The notes beneath the pieces are model-generated. The model did not search any database. It saw only the letters and a list, made by a program, of their open reading frames with translations, and had not been told where the DNA came from. The translations under genes and the position numbers were made by a program. This document shows, one piece after another, positions 52,172-63,605 of a stretch of 64,000 nt of DNA. The stretch is from Curvularia clavata (taxonomy: Eukaryota): contig CP089275.1 in assembly GCA_023920165.1 (NCBI GenBank), forward strand, positions 1,488,001-1,552,000, in the 5' to 3' direction. Position 1 is the first letter of the stretch. Every line of letters begins with the position of its first letter.

Positions 52172-54581
52172 ATGTCCGCACTAACAGATCAGCTGGCAGC
52201 GCCATCTGACAAAAGACGGCGTATTGATCGCGTCATAGCAGCATGCGATCTGTGCAGAAGAAGAAAAGTGAAGTGCAACGGCGAATTACCATGTGCATAC
52301 TGCATCCGGAAGAATCACGCTGCTACATGTGCCTTCAGTGGTCCATCCAAGGAAAATCAAATTCGTTCTGCTGGAGGCTCTCCTAATACACGCGTTCATA
52401 CTGAGGGTTCTCCTTTTCGTCGACTTCACTCAGGCCATACGTCAGAAAATCGAGATAACAACGTCCGAACAAACACTCCTCAAGGATCACGATACCAGCA
52501 TGACAACGCTCAAACTGGGACATCTTTGTCACCGACTCTGAGCAGAGATGACCAACAAGCTGACACAGTTGTACCCCTTGAAGGCCGTATCCTCCGTGAT
52601 GCACAAGGCAAGCTCATCTTCATTGGTGATTGCGCACCATTGTCCTTTCTGCAAACGGTCAAACATCTCATTACATCCGAGGTGGACTCGGGAGTTCCGG
52701 TACAGGCCGCGAGGGATCCCATCATCGAAATTACGCGGCCCACATTAGTGGACCAACAACATTGTCCGTCCGTGGAGCTTCATCAGGTGGATGTTCTAGT
52801 CTCAGAGTACATTGTGGCTAGCAGTGGCCTTGTGCAACTATTCGAACGCGAGGATCTATTGCCCGAGCTGAAGCATTGGGCGAGTGGTCAGAATTCCGGC
52901 CCTGATGATGCTGCGGCTGCTGTCTTTTATCTGGTGCTCGCCATTGGTGCCCAAGACAAGTTCGAAGACAAAGCAGAAGCCTGGTTCAAGCATGCGCTCA
53001 ACATTCTACAAAAATTCTTATGCAGTAATATGAATGTGTCAACGGTACAGGGCTTCACACTAGTTGCTGTCTTTATGCTCCGCGCTTCTCAGCCAAATGG
53101 CGCATACTTGTATTTTTGTAAGCGGCAGCATATATGACCGGTTCCAGATTACTGGCTGACAACCACTAGCTTTGGCTGCACGAACTGCCTATGCGATTGG
53201 TCTTCACCGGACTGAAGTCAATGCATCTTTTGGCCAGAATATCAGACTAGTTAGGGATCGCATATGGAAGAGTCTACGTGTTATTGACCAACTTATCAGG
53301 TAAGTTTGCATGATACAAGTTCTCTTAGCAGGTGCCTGCAACGAAATTTTGAACAATCTGCTAATGCGACAAAGGTATGTTCAATGTTTTCCTACATCGA
53401 GTATTTCAAAATACCGACCCTTCCATGGTCCCATTGCGGTATGACCCGCTAACCAATGCTGTGCGGCAATGCAGTAATGTTCTAGGTCGACCTCCCTCCA
53501 CTTCTGATGTTGACTGCACTGTCAAATACACGCCTCCTGAAGAAATACAGGAAGACTTTAATGCCAATGTCCTGGATGCAAGTGTGCAAATCTTCATGAT
53601 AATCGAACGTGTAGTCGTTGAAGTGTACTCGCGCAAGCGGATATCTTTACGGATTGCTGATTATGTGTCGAAGCAATTGAAGAGTTGGGCATCCAAATGG
53701 CTCAGCAGTCTATCTGATGTCACAGCCAGACGACCCTCTCGTGAGGCAACAATCGGCGCTTGCTCTACGTTATGCTCCTATTACTATGGTATCATGCTAC
53801 TTACCCGGCCCTTCCTGATATACGAGCTTTACGAGTACATGGGTGCTTCGCTCAAGAGCGGAGGCACACCAGCTGATCATCAAGAGAAACGCAAATATGC
53901 GGATGCCGCAATTGATGCTGCTTCGGTGTTAGTTGATACGCTACGGAATTTGATCAACGCAGATCAGCTGCCTCGCAGGATGCCATTGGTGGTGTAAGTT
54001 GAATTACGCTTCAAAACTGACGTCTGCTGATCAATCCTAGATCCTGGCTCTTTACCGCTACACTAGTGCTAGCTGTCGGTATTCTAGGGAACTCTGGTCT
54101 TCTTTTGGAGGATACCTGCAAAGAAGGCATTGCCTGCATGGATTACTTTGGCCAAGTTGACCATCACGCTCGTCAATACTCACACGCTGCTCAGTCTCTG
54201 CTCAAAATCACAACAGCACATGCGAAGAAGAGGGAACTCCATCTGCGCCGAAAGAGGAAACAGGCTTCATCTGAATTGTTTGGTCTACTACCAACCGAGC
54301 CGATTCATCAGGCACATTCAACCGATGGTCATCAGCCACGACCAGAGCCCCGTTTACTAGCCCCTACGGAAACCACGCAGCAGAATCTCCCCGCACATGC
54401 GCCGCTTGATTGGACTATTTACGATGCTGACTTTTTCGCTCTGCCATGGCCAAGTGAGAACGATCAAGGTCTTCAGGATTTCCTTCAGCCAGGCACTCAT
54501 AATCTTGATGGTGCATCTGTGGCTGATATACCGCTCTTTCCCATTCATGACCAACAGATGGCCAGCGGATTCTTCCCTTAG
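52172..54581 (+). CDS. Zn(II)2Cys6 transcription factor with fungal middle homology region
   Basis: ACDLCRRRKVKCNGELPCAYCIRKNHAATC, AYAIGLHR, DQLISNVLGRP, LLTRPFL. Exons 52172-53117, 53170-53299, 53475-53993, 54041-54581. Confidence 0.93.
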
Positions 54582-54639
54582 ACCAATGGTAATCTTGGCT
54601 GTCATTAGAGGTTTCAAACTACTCTTCATATTCGAGCTT

Positions 54640-55955
54640 TCAATGTGTGACCTTCGTTTCGCTGGTTTCATCTCTTGATGTTCGTAGGAACGGAATCAGC
54701 TTGGTGCCTCCAGTGCCAACCAGCTCTTGCGTCTTTGGCTTTTCCGAGGCCATCTTCGTAGAAGCAGAAGCGATATCCATCCTCTTGATATGGCTTACTG
54801 GCTTCCCCATGCGACTTGGTATGATAATGTACCTTGTAACGAGGGCAATGTGCTTATCGCGGAAGCCACTGAGGGCTGCGACTGCTGCGTTGAAAGCTGA
54901 AAGAAGGACAGCATTGTCTTGATGGTCATTCACGTAACTGCGGATGTTCGCGATGGATTCAACGTCGTCCAAGAATCTAGCGTGGGGTCCGGGCATGTAT
55001 CCACGCATTTCTGAGTGGAAGCCACCACTTCTCGAATGGTCCACAGAAAGCACCGCGTCGAAGAACTGTAGTAAGGATGATTGTCCATTCGAACCACCTC
55101 GGTAGGCTCGCCATGTGCCCTTGCCATTGCCTTCGTCATAGAACACACCGTTCGGGAGACCGGCAGCTGCCATGTTCATGCTACCAGCCAAAAATGGTCG
55201 AATGGTGTGATAAAACATCTGGGGATCGCATCGCTCATCCATACGTTCTAGGAGTTTTCCAATGCTCTCCATGCCTGTCTCAAAGTATTGCAGAGCATTT
55301 ACAACTGTCGCGGCATCGTCCCTCTCCACGGCGTCAATGGCGCCGAGCATAGTCTCGATGAGTGGGCCAGCCCTTGCCTCCATAGCATTCGAGATGATGA
55401 AGAACCATGATTCGTCATCGCTGCCAGTAGCTGTGTGCAGAGAAACCATGTTCTCCGGTTGGGTCAGATCAGCGTCATCCGACAATGGTCTCCAGTTCCA
55501 TAGGTTCAGCGAGGCATATGTGGCAACGGGGTGTACCTCAAGATGTGCAGCCGTCTCAAGGAAAGGTACAGTTATCGCAGGAGGTAATCGCTGTGTTTTT
55601 AGTCAGTGCTGTTGGTCAATACACGGGAAGAGGCTGCCTTGCTTACTTCTGAAGGCTCAGGTCCTGTCCAAATGTATCCTTGGGCCATGACAGCTAGCAT
55701 CGAGTGTGCTCTTTGCCATTCTGCCTCAGTATCCAGATATGATGTCTCGAGAACAGGCAATTCATCAACCCATTGTCGTATTTGTTGTGTTTCGATAAGG
55801 ACAGGAAGCTTTTCTATGATCTGTTCCCAGGGGCGGTAGTAGGCCTGGGGTAATTGTGACAACGGAGGCTCAGCTGGGAGAAACCCATTTTTGGAAATGC
55901 CATATTCTGGTAGCGCAGAAGGCGACGGAAGAGTGGGAATTTTGTGAGGACTCAT
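54640..55955 (-). CDS. BNA2: Indoleamine 2,3-dioxygenase
   Basis: Exons 55955-55647 and 55590-54640. FYHTIRPFLAG, GGSNGQSSLLQFFD, MRGYMPGPH, FRDKH (proximal His), GTGGT. Paralog class not determined. Confidence 0.95.
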
Positions 55956-56363
55956 TGTGAACAGAACAAATTGCACTAAGATTCTCTAGATTCTGAGCTA
56001 TAGGTCTACTAAAAGAGCGGCGAAGACCGCATTTATCATAAAGCTATAAAAGCCATGATGGCCCACTTGGCTAGGTCAAACAGGTATCACGATTGCGAAA
56101 GGCCTAGGCGCGTCGGATCGGATGCCAGACGGAAGCGCAACGGAAGTCAAACGGGCGCGCGACGGAACATCGTCGGATAGCCAAAACAAGAAGGTGGCAG
56201 GCTAACGCATACATGCCGGTTCTTGTGCCAGGTGTTGCAAGACGTAAGTGAAACTGCCGAATATATATTTGGACGTCTGTTTCTCATTCAAATTTCACAA
56301 ACCGTTCATTCAGTCGTCAGCAAAAGTTCGTGTTACACATCGTCATCTTGATCCATAATCATC
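55956..56363. promoter_or_regulatory. 408-bp bidirectional IDO/kynureninase promoter with a CGG(A) cluster
   Basis: Head-to-head genes; seven co-oriented CGG triplets in 56111-56178; TA-rich boxes near 56045 and 56261. Confidence 0.65.
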
Positions 56364-57836
56364 ATGGACGTTTCCAGCGCGATCAAGCAACTCCGCCAAG
56401 GACAAAAGCCACAGTGGCCCACAGACGCCGAGTCATTCGACTTTGCCCGAAAACTCGATGAAAGTACCGAAATACCGCATACGTTTCGCCCCGAGTTCGT
56501 CGTTCCCAGCAAAGCGCAACTCAAGCGAAAAACTCTCAAGGACGATGCGCAAACAGCAAACCCAGCAACGAGTGCAGACGATGAGGCCATATACTTCTGC
56601 GGCAACTCGTTAGGCCTCCAGCCGAAGGCTGTCGGCGAGCACTTGAACGCCTACCTCAAGACATGGGGGTCCATAGCTGTCGGCGGCCATTTCACTGCCC
56701 TTGAGGATTCACCACTTACTCCCTATCAAGACATGGCTGCTGAATGTTCAAGAAAAATGGCCAAAATCGTTGGAGCATCACCTTCAGAGATTGTTGCTAT
56801 GAACACGTTGACCATCAACTTGCACCTGATGATGGCGGCTTTCTACAAGCCGACTGGAACGAAGCACAAGATCATGTGCGAATGGCGGCCTTTTCCCAGC
56901 GACTGGTATGCAATTGAGTCGCAGATTGAATGGCACGGACTGGACCCAAAGAAGTCAATGTTGCTGGTACAGCCAGACGACGGCTACAGCATGACAACGG
57001 AAAACATCCTCAGGCTTATTGATGAGAACGTTAATGAGCTCGCACTCATAATGCTGCCTGGTATCCAATATTATAGTGGCCAACTCCTTGACATTCCAAC
57101 CATTACTGCCCATGCGCGGAAACACAACATCACGATTGGTTGGGACCTTGCTCATGCTGCTGGCAATGTCGAACTCAAGCTACATGAATGGGACGTTGAC
57201 TTTGCCTGCTGGTGTACATACAAGTACATGAATGCAGGAGCTGGTGCTATCGCAGGTGCCTTCATTCACGAGAAGCATGGCAACAACGACCACTACAAGG
57301 GCCTCAAGGGCTGGTACGGTCACGACAAGTCCTCCCGCTTCCAGATGGACAACCGATTTGTTCCTACACCTGGCGCGCAAGGTTTCCAGTGCTCAAACCC
57401 TTCGATCGTCGACCTCACTTGCTTGTCTGGGGCACTTAGCGTCTTCGAACAGACATCAATGACAGACCTGCGCTCGAGGTCATTGCTGCTTACCGCCTAC
57501 GCTGAACACCTTCTTTCCCAAATCGCCGCACGAAACATCAAAGACGGCGCTTTTCCTTTCGAAATCATTACTCCCATGGATCCTCGTTTCCGCGGCGCAC
57601 AGCTTAGCGTTCTGCTGCCCGAAGACATGTTTGACGAGGCCAGTGCAAGACTGGTAGAGAACGGCGTCGTGTGCGACAAGAGGAAACCAGGTATCATTCG
57701 AGTTGCACCCGTTCCCTTGTACAATACTTTTGGCGATGTTTGGAGGTTTATGCAGATCTTTGAAGAGGCGCTGAGGACGAAGGGAAAGGATCAAAGTCAG
57801 TCGAAGGGGGCAGCGCCAGTAGAGGCTAGACTTTAG
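56364..57836 (+). CDS. BNA5: Kynureninase (PLP-dependent), C-terminal ARL
   Basis: Intronless 490 aa. YFCGNSLGLQP, MNTLTINLHLMM, GWDLAHAAGN, WCTYKYMNAG (PLP Lys), IRVAPVPLYN. Confidence 0.96.
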   Translation: MDVSSAIKQLRQGQKPQWPTDAESFDFARKLDESTEIPHTFRPEFVVPSKAQLKRKTLKDDAQTANPATSADDEAIYFCGNSLGLQPKAVGEHLNAYLKTWGSIAVGGHFTALEDSPLTPYQDMAAECSRKMAKIVGASPSEIVAMNTLTINLHLMMAAFYKPTGTKHKIMCEWRPFPSDWYAIESQIEWHGLDPKKSMLLVQPDDGYSMTTENILRLIDENVNELALIMLPGIQYYSGQLLDIPTITAHARKHNITIGWDLAHAAGNVELKLHEWDVDFACWCTYKYMNAGAGAIAGAFIHEKHGNNDHYKGLKGWYGHDKSSRFQMDNRFVPTPGAQGFQCSNPSIVDLTCLSGALSVFEQTSMTDLRSRSLLLTAYAEHLLSQIAARNIKDGAFPFEIITPMDPRFRGAQLSVLLPEDMFDEASARLVENGVVCDKRKPGIIRVAPVPLYNTFGDVWRFMQIFEEALRTKGKDQSQSKGAAPVEARL

Positions 57837-58111
57837 AGCAAAGATTTCCTTTTATTTGGTTTGAGCGAGTTATGATAACTATGGTAGATCTAGACAAATA
57901 TCTGATCAAAATTTTTTTGTTAAAAAATAGTCTTGGAATGTTAATTTGGAATCTATGAACACCTTATCGAGATACTGCACGAAAACACCTTAGCGGATGC
58001 AACGCCGTAGTATTATAATGTATTGATTTCACAGAACTTCAATCCGCCACACGAATGCTAATGATAGATACTTGGAAACCCGCCTCGCAGACTCTACTCA
58101 GAGCCTCTTCT

Positions 58112-58474
58112 TTAGGCACAGCAACGCACTTCACACCTCTTGCAGATAGTTTCGCCCTGATCATCCAAGTTGCAATCAAACTGAATGATATCAGATAAAC
58201 ATTCGTGCTGGCCAGAAATATAGAATGTATCTACTTACACAGCTGCCTCTTTTGCAGAAAGCATTCCAACGAGTGCAGATGTCACCTCCTTGTGATCTGG
58301 TGAGCACCTCGCAGACATTGTCGGCTCCAAGCGAACATCTCTAAGGGCTATTTAGTTTTCTGTTCACTACATATAGAGCTGTTTACACACCCCCGAGTCG
58401 CATGAAGTGAAGCGGCGGCAAGCTGCCATTGCGTTCGCAGCAAAGAAAAAGGTTAGAATGGCAGAGATCTTCAT
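58112..58474 (-). CDS. Small secreted cysteine-rich protein (84 aa, 12 Cys), effector or antimicrobial-peptide candidate
   Basis: Not in the ORF track. Exons 58474-58391, 58340-58239, 58180-58112 (two phase-0 introns) give MKISAILTFFFAANAMA-ACRRFTSCDSGRCSLGADNVCEVLTRSQGGDICTRWNAFCKRGSCFDCNLDDQGETICKRCEVRCCA. Confidence 0.82.
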
Positions 58475-59795
58475 GATGAACGGATAAGATCAGGTATATG
58501 AAACTGCGTCGATTTATTAAGACTGAAGACGAAACTCAGGACAATAGTGCGATGGAGAAATAAATGAGTAGCCGAAAGGACCTAAATATTCAGCGGAGAT
58601 AGGACATTCATGTGTTTGAATCCCGAAATGGCCGTTCGGTAAAATTTGGAGGTCTACATTCGCAGCTCGGTTGATCAAATAAAATAGTGCGCACTCCATA
58701 TTGGAGATATCCACTCTGATCGTATTCATCCCTCATTATCAAACGAGTGACCGACAAAGGCACCGAAATTCCCGCCGTGCATCTTCTAGTATTGCGTTGC
58801 GTTTGAGAACATCTCCAGTATCTTGTTAGGTCGCCTTGCGAAGCCGATACTAACCAGCCCTAAGTTTCCGCTATTACCATTACTCTAATAGAATCCTGCA
58901 GAGAATTTAACGACTTATACACTTTATGTAACCCTGCATGTTTTTAGAAAGCGTCTAAAACTAGGCCTAATTTTCGTGAATCCGGCTGAATTATGCACAT
59001 CTCAATCTGAGTGCTGATGTGAGAACACTAGCACCCATGCCGGTACCTACGTACGTATACGGAATAAAAGAACTCCTCGTAAGACAGCGACGTGTTACTC
59101 GGGGTATTGCCCTTATTCTCGGCCGAAGATCACGACGGATCGTAAGGTACTATATCAATTGCGTCATTTTATTTTTTTCGAGGAAAGCGGAGCATGATAG
59201 ATTTGTGGCAGTTGTTACAAGAACCAAGCCCCTGTTCTCAACATCTCAAGAATCCTAGTCCCAGAAGTGACAGCAAATGGCGCAAGAACGTTCTTTATAG
59301 CATGCACCCATTTCAAAAGTCCAGATGAATTGATTCATAGATAAATAAAATAAACAAGTGTGCGCAATCGCGGTGGTCTCGGTATCGACCAAAGTCTTAG
59401 GTTGGGGGAACAGTAAGAAACAAGCAGTCCATTTAACACAAGGGTAGCTATAAGAAACTTGACATGTATGTCAGAAAGCCGTATTTTATGCTTCTAGAGA
59501 CGTTTGCTGATACTCAGCGAGCGTGACGTTGTCACAGATGACGTAGTCTCTTTTAATGGCCATGTGACGATCTTGAAGCTAGAATCGGAGTAATTACTTG
59601 ACTGCTAATACATGAACGGTGGAATTCTCGGCTCCGAAATATAACAAACAACTCAAATGTCGTCCTTTTAGCATTTTCTATCACATGGAGTACGCCAAGG
59701 CAGAGCGTGGTCTTCTATCAAAACTTGGATATTTGAAAACATACGCCACCACAGCGGAACTCCTCTCGCCATGCCAATATCGCTGTTCCACAAAC

Positions 59796-60695
59796 TCAAG
59801 GCTGTGAACTACTAGCATCTGCATCTGTAGTTGTCAAATCCACCCAACACTTCGCCATCTTCTGCTTCGCCGGCCAAAACGGCCTACGCCCTTCCTCGTC
59901 CTCAAAAGTCTCACACTCAAACTCGCTAATCACCCTACCCTGAAATGGCTTCTGCGCGCCATCCGTCCAAACATGGATTACCGGATCTGCCATAGCCTCA
60001 ATCTGTACGCCTCTGAACCCCATGAGCGCCGCTTCACGCTGCAGCCACCTCGCTGTCGCAGCCATGATACCTTTGCCCTCATAGTCGTGTCGCGTAGACG
60101 TCGCATTACGCATGAGCACCTGTCTCGGTCCTGTTGGCTTCCACGAAGCAGGATCCCGCTGATCGCGCTTCTCGAGCGCACCGTAAAGGATAGGAAATTC
60201 CGGCCACGCGGCGAGCAGTGGCTTCATTTTTTCTTGGTTCAGCGGCGTATAACCGTCATAGCTCAGCACTACGCTGACGAGCGGGAAGTCCATTTGCTCC
60301 AGTAGCCGCATGCCCTCTGCTGCCCTGCCTTGGCTCTTTTCTACACTGTGTAAGGCTGTCTCGTCGAAATCCCAGAGAAGAGCGCCGCCGATGGCTTTGG
60401 CCTCATCGGTCTTGCATTCGTACTCTGTGTCGAATACACCATATGAAAGACCAGAATCAATCTGGTGGCGGACGAGGTATTCCAGGGTGATAGCCATATC
60501 TAGTGTCCAACGACCTGTTTCGTGCTCAGCAGGCCATACCTTGTTCCAGACACTGGTGTGGAAACCATGGCTGTGGGCCATGATGGCGGTAACCCAGGGA
60601 AGGTGAACAGGTTTCAGTTTGCGGATCTCATAGCGAGGTGGCAAAGTCGAGGGGTTCGACGGCGTAGGTACACGGGTATTTGTGAATCCTGGCAT
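59796..60695 (-). CDS. GNAT-fold putative N-acyltransferase
   Basis: 299-aa ORF with YEIRKL at the N-terminus and motif-A-like ATSTRHDYEGKGIMAATARWL...GFRGVQIE. Confidence 0.7.
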   Translation of the reverse strand: MPGFTNTRVPTPSNPSTLPPRYEIRKLKPVHLPWVTAIMAHSHGFHTSVWNKVWPAEHETGRWTLDMAITLEYLVRHQIDSGLSYGVFDTEYECKTDEAKAIGGALLWDFDETALHSVEKSQGRAAEGMRLLEQMDFPLVSVVLSYDGYTPLNQEKMKPLLAAWPEFPILYGALEKRDQRDPASWKPTGPRQVLMRNATSTRHDYEGKGIMAATARWLQREAALMGFRGVQIEAMADPVIHVWTDGAQKPFQGRVISEFECETFEDEEGRRPFWPAKQKMAKCWVDLTTTDADASSSQP

Positions 60696-61485
60696 TTTTA
60701 AGTCTCAAATGACTCTTTCTTTTCTTGTTTGTAGTTAAGGCACTAATGTCGATACACCGGCGGTGTTGCGGTAGGGATGCAACGCTGAAATGCCAAATTT
60801 TCACTGAGAGGTCCCTCAACAGGCGGCAACAATGAAGGAAATGATGAGAAAGAGCTGGCTTCTTATCATCATTGTGGACAGTAAGCGACTGGGGAGATCA
60901 ATGTTGACGAATCGTGCATACAAGCTGCAGACTAAGAAAAAGAATTGTTGCCCACTTTTCCACCAATCTTTTTGCCATTCCACGACCACTGTCAAGATAA
61001 GCAATGAGGGGACTAAGAAGCCAAGGCGAATTTTCAATATCAAGCTTTCGTTCTGGTCCACGAAACGTACATTTGCTGGTCAGAGAAAGCTAGAAACTGG
61101 TACCATTTTCCTGGTGCTGACATTTTCTCTAGCTTCCTGAAAGTAAGCACAAGTCACTATAACCTCGCTTACATGCATCTTAGATTAGCATGGCACTGAC
61201 ATCCCTGCTCTCGCATTGAGAAGAATTTTAGGCATCTTGTGGGGTGCCGCACGGTACGGAAGGAACGGAGACCTAAAGTGAACCCACTCTAGCACTAAAC
61301 GTTTAGACTATGGCTATCAGACTTTAGCGTATTGTGAGGGCCACAATTCTAACCATATACCCAGATCGGCTCACACACTGTCGACCTAGGCTAAATCAAC
61401 TGCTGTCGTAATTCTTACTAATCATAGTATACACATGGCTGGAGACAATGCCAGCTAGCGATATCATCCCCAAGATTCCCCGCTC

Positions 61486-63605
61486 TCACATCAGCCCTTT
61501 GCCTTCTTGTAGTAGCGCGATACCTTGCTCTTTTAACTTGAACTTTTGTATCTTGCCGCTCGCTGTCTTGGGATAATTGTCTACCCAGAAAACGTATTTT
61601 GGTACTTGGTTTAGATGTCAGCTTGTATCGCGCTTGCAATCTTCATGTATACTTACCCAGATGATGGCTTAGCTTTTCCCTGACCCAAGTTCTCACTTCA
61701 TCGGCGGTTATTTTTCCGTCTTCTCCAGCATGTCTTACAATGAAAGCTGCGACGACCTCACCGTATCGCTCATCTGGTAGCCCGACGACACTAACTTCGC
61801 TGACGGCTGGATGGGCGAAGAGACAGTTCTCAACTTCTAATGGGTGGATATTCTCTCCGCCTTTGATAATGAGATCTTTGATCCGACCGGTGATCTTGAT
61901 GTAGCCTTCCTCATCCATGGATGCCTCGTCGCCAGTGTGCATCCACATAATGCCGTCTTTATCTGGTTGGAGTACTTCTGCCGTGCGCCCCGGATCGTTC
62001 CAATAACCTTTCATGAGGAGATATCCCGAGACGGCCAGTTCACCACGTTGACCCACATTGAGCGTTTGTGACCAGTCAGAAGCATTGACGACCTTGGCAC
62101 GAACATGTGGAAGAAGACGGCCTACGGTGTTGATGCGCTTCTCAATGGGATCGTCGGTAGTGGTCATGGCGGATACGGGACTTGTCTCTGTCATGCCATA
62201 GCAGATTGTCAATTCTGTCAGGTTCAAGATCTTATGAAGCTTGCGCATGAGCTCGGCAGGAATGGAGGAGCCGGCTGCAATGCCAGTGCGCAAATGCTGG
62301 AAACCTTCGTATGGCACAACACCGTTGGCTAGGAGCTCCAGCTCCGCCACAAACATGGTAGGAACACCGTATAGGGCAGTGCACTTGTATTCGCGGACGG
62401 CTTCGAGAGTGGCAAGATCATTGAACGCCTCAGTCGGGAAGACTATGGCACTTCCATGCGTAGCTGTAGCCATGTATCCGAGGATGCATCCGAAGCAGCT
62501 GTGTATAGTCAGGCGTCAAATAGTTCAATGCATGCAGGGCGACTTACTGGAAGAGTGGAGGTGGACAACAAACCACATCGTTTTCCGTCAGTAACATCCT
62601 GTCGCCGATACTATTGCCATTGTTCAAGATACTTCTGTGGCTCAAACACGCAGCTTTCGGCATGCTCGTCGTACCCGATGTAAATTGGATATTGACAATA
62701 TCATTGGGATCCAATCCCTGGTCCTCCAATGCCGCGCCTTGGCCACCGTCCTCTATTATATTTTGGTATCTTCCCAAGCTCCTGTACTCATCTAGACTTA
62801 TCCTCCCTTGGGCATTGTCCACCAATACGACATTCTTCAGCGAAGGAACGAGTTCGGATTCGAGTTTCGGGCCAGTAAGATTAGGTATCAGATGGGTAAG
62901 CAACGGGATGTTCGGGCGTGGGTCTTTGCGAGGAAGGTTTGTTTCGGCTCCGATTATGAGATGGGCGGTGTCCAGGTGGTTGATTGCGTTCAGAACCTGT
63001 GGGGCGTTGAACGAGGGATTGAGGGGTACCTATGAGTCAATTGGCTTACAGCCCATCTTTTTTCACTCCGGATTCTTACATACCAGTATCGCCCCCAGTT
63101 TGAAAAGCGCATACGTGATCTTTGAGGTCATCAGCTTTTGTTTCTCACAATATAGACTCGCAACATACAGTAGCAAACTCAATGTTATTGCCCAAGCTCA
63201 CGGCGACCCTGTCTCCCTTCTTTACGCCCAGGTTTTGTAGTCCCCTTGCGAGCCTGTTCGAATCGCGATCCAGTCCATCGTACGTCAACCGGATGCGTTG
63301 ATGGTGCGAGATTACTCTACACAAGACTTAGTCATGATGCGACCAGACGGATAGTGGCCCGCATACGCATCACGGTCACCATACTGTCTCACAACTCCTG
63401 CAAAGTGTTGGGGGACAGTTTGTTCGAGCAATGGGGGCTGTACCGAGTTGTCAGTACAATGGAAGCTATGAGGTCGTGGGGAAGTGGGGCCGAATTGATG
63501 TACCTCGGTAGGTCCAATGCTGTATGCTTGTGTGAGGAGGCCTCTCTGTGTAATTCGCACAGGCTTAGGGTATCTTGTAGCTCTTGACACGAGCTTCCGG
63601 AGCAT
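61486..63605 (-). CDS. Acyl-CoA synthetase (ACSF2-like), probably mitochondrial
   Basis: Seven exons. Basic presequence, [55 protein letters not shown]. Confidence 0.93.

Noticed and set aside
42867..57836. Apparent NAD theme linking the transhydrogenase with IDO and kynureninase
   Set aside because: Separated by unrelated CTI6 and a hypothetical gene; no shared motif seen; probably coincidental.
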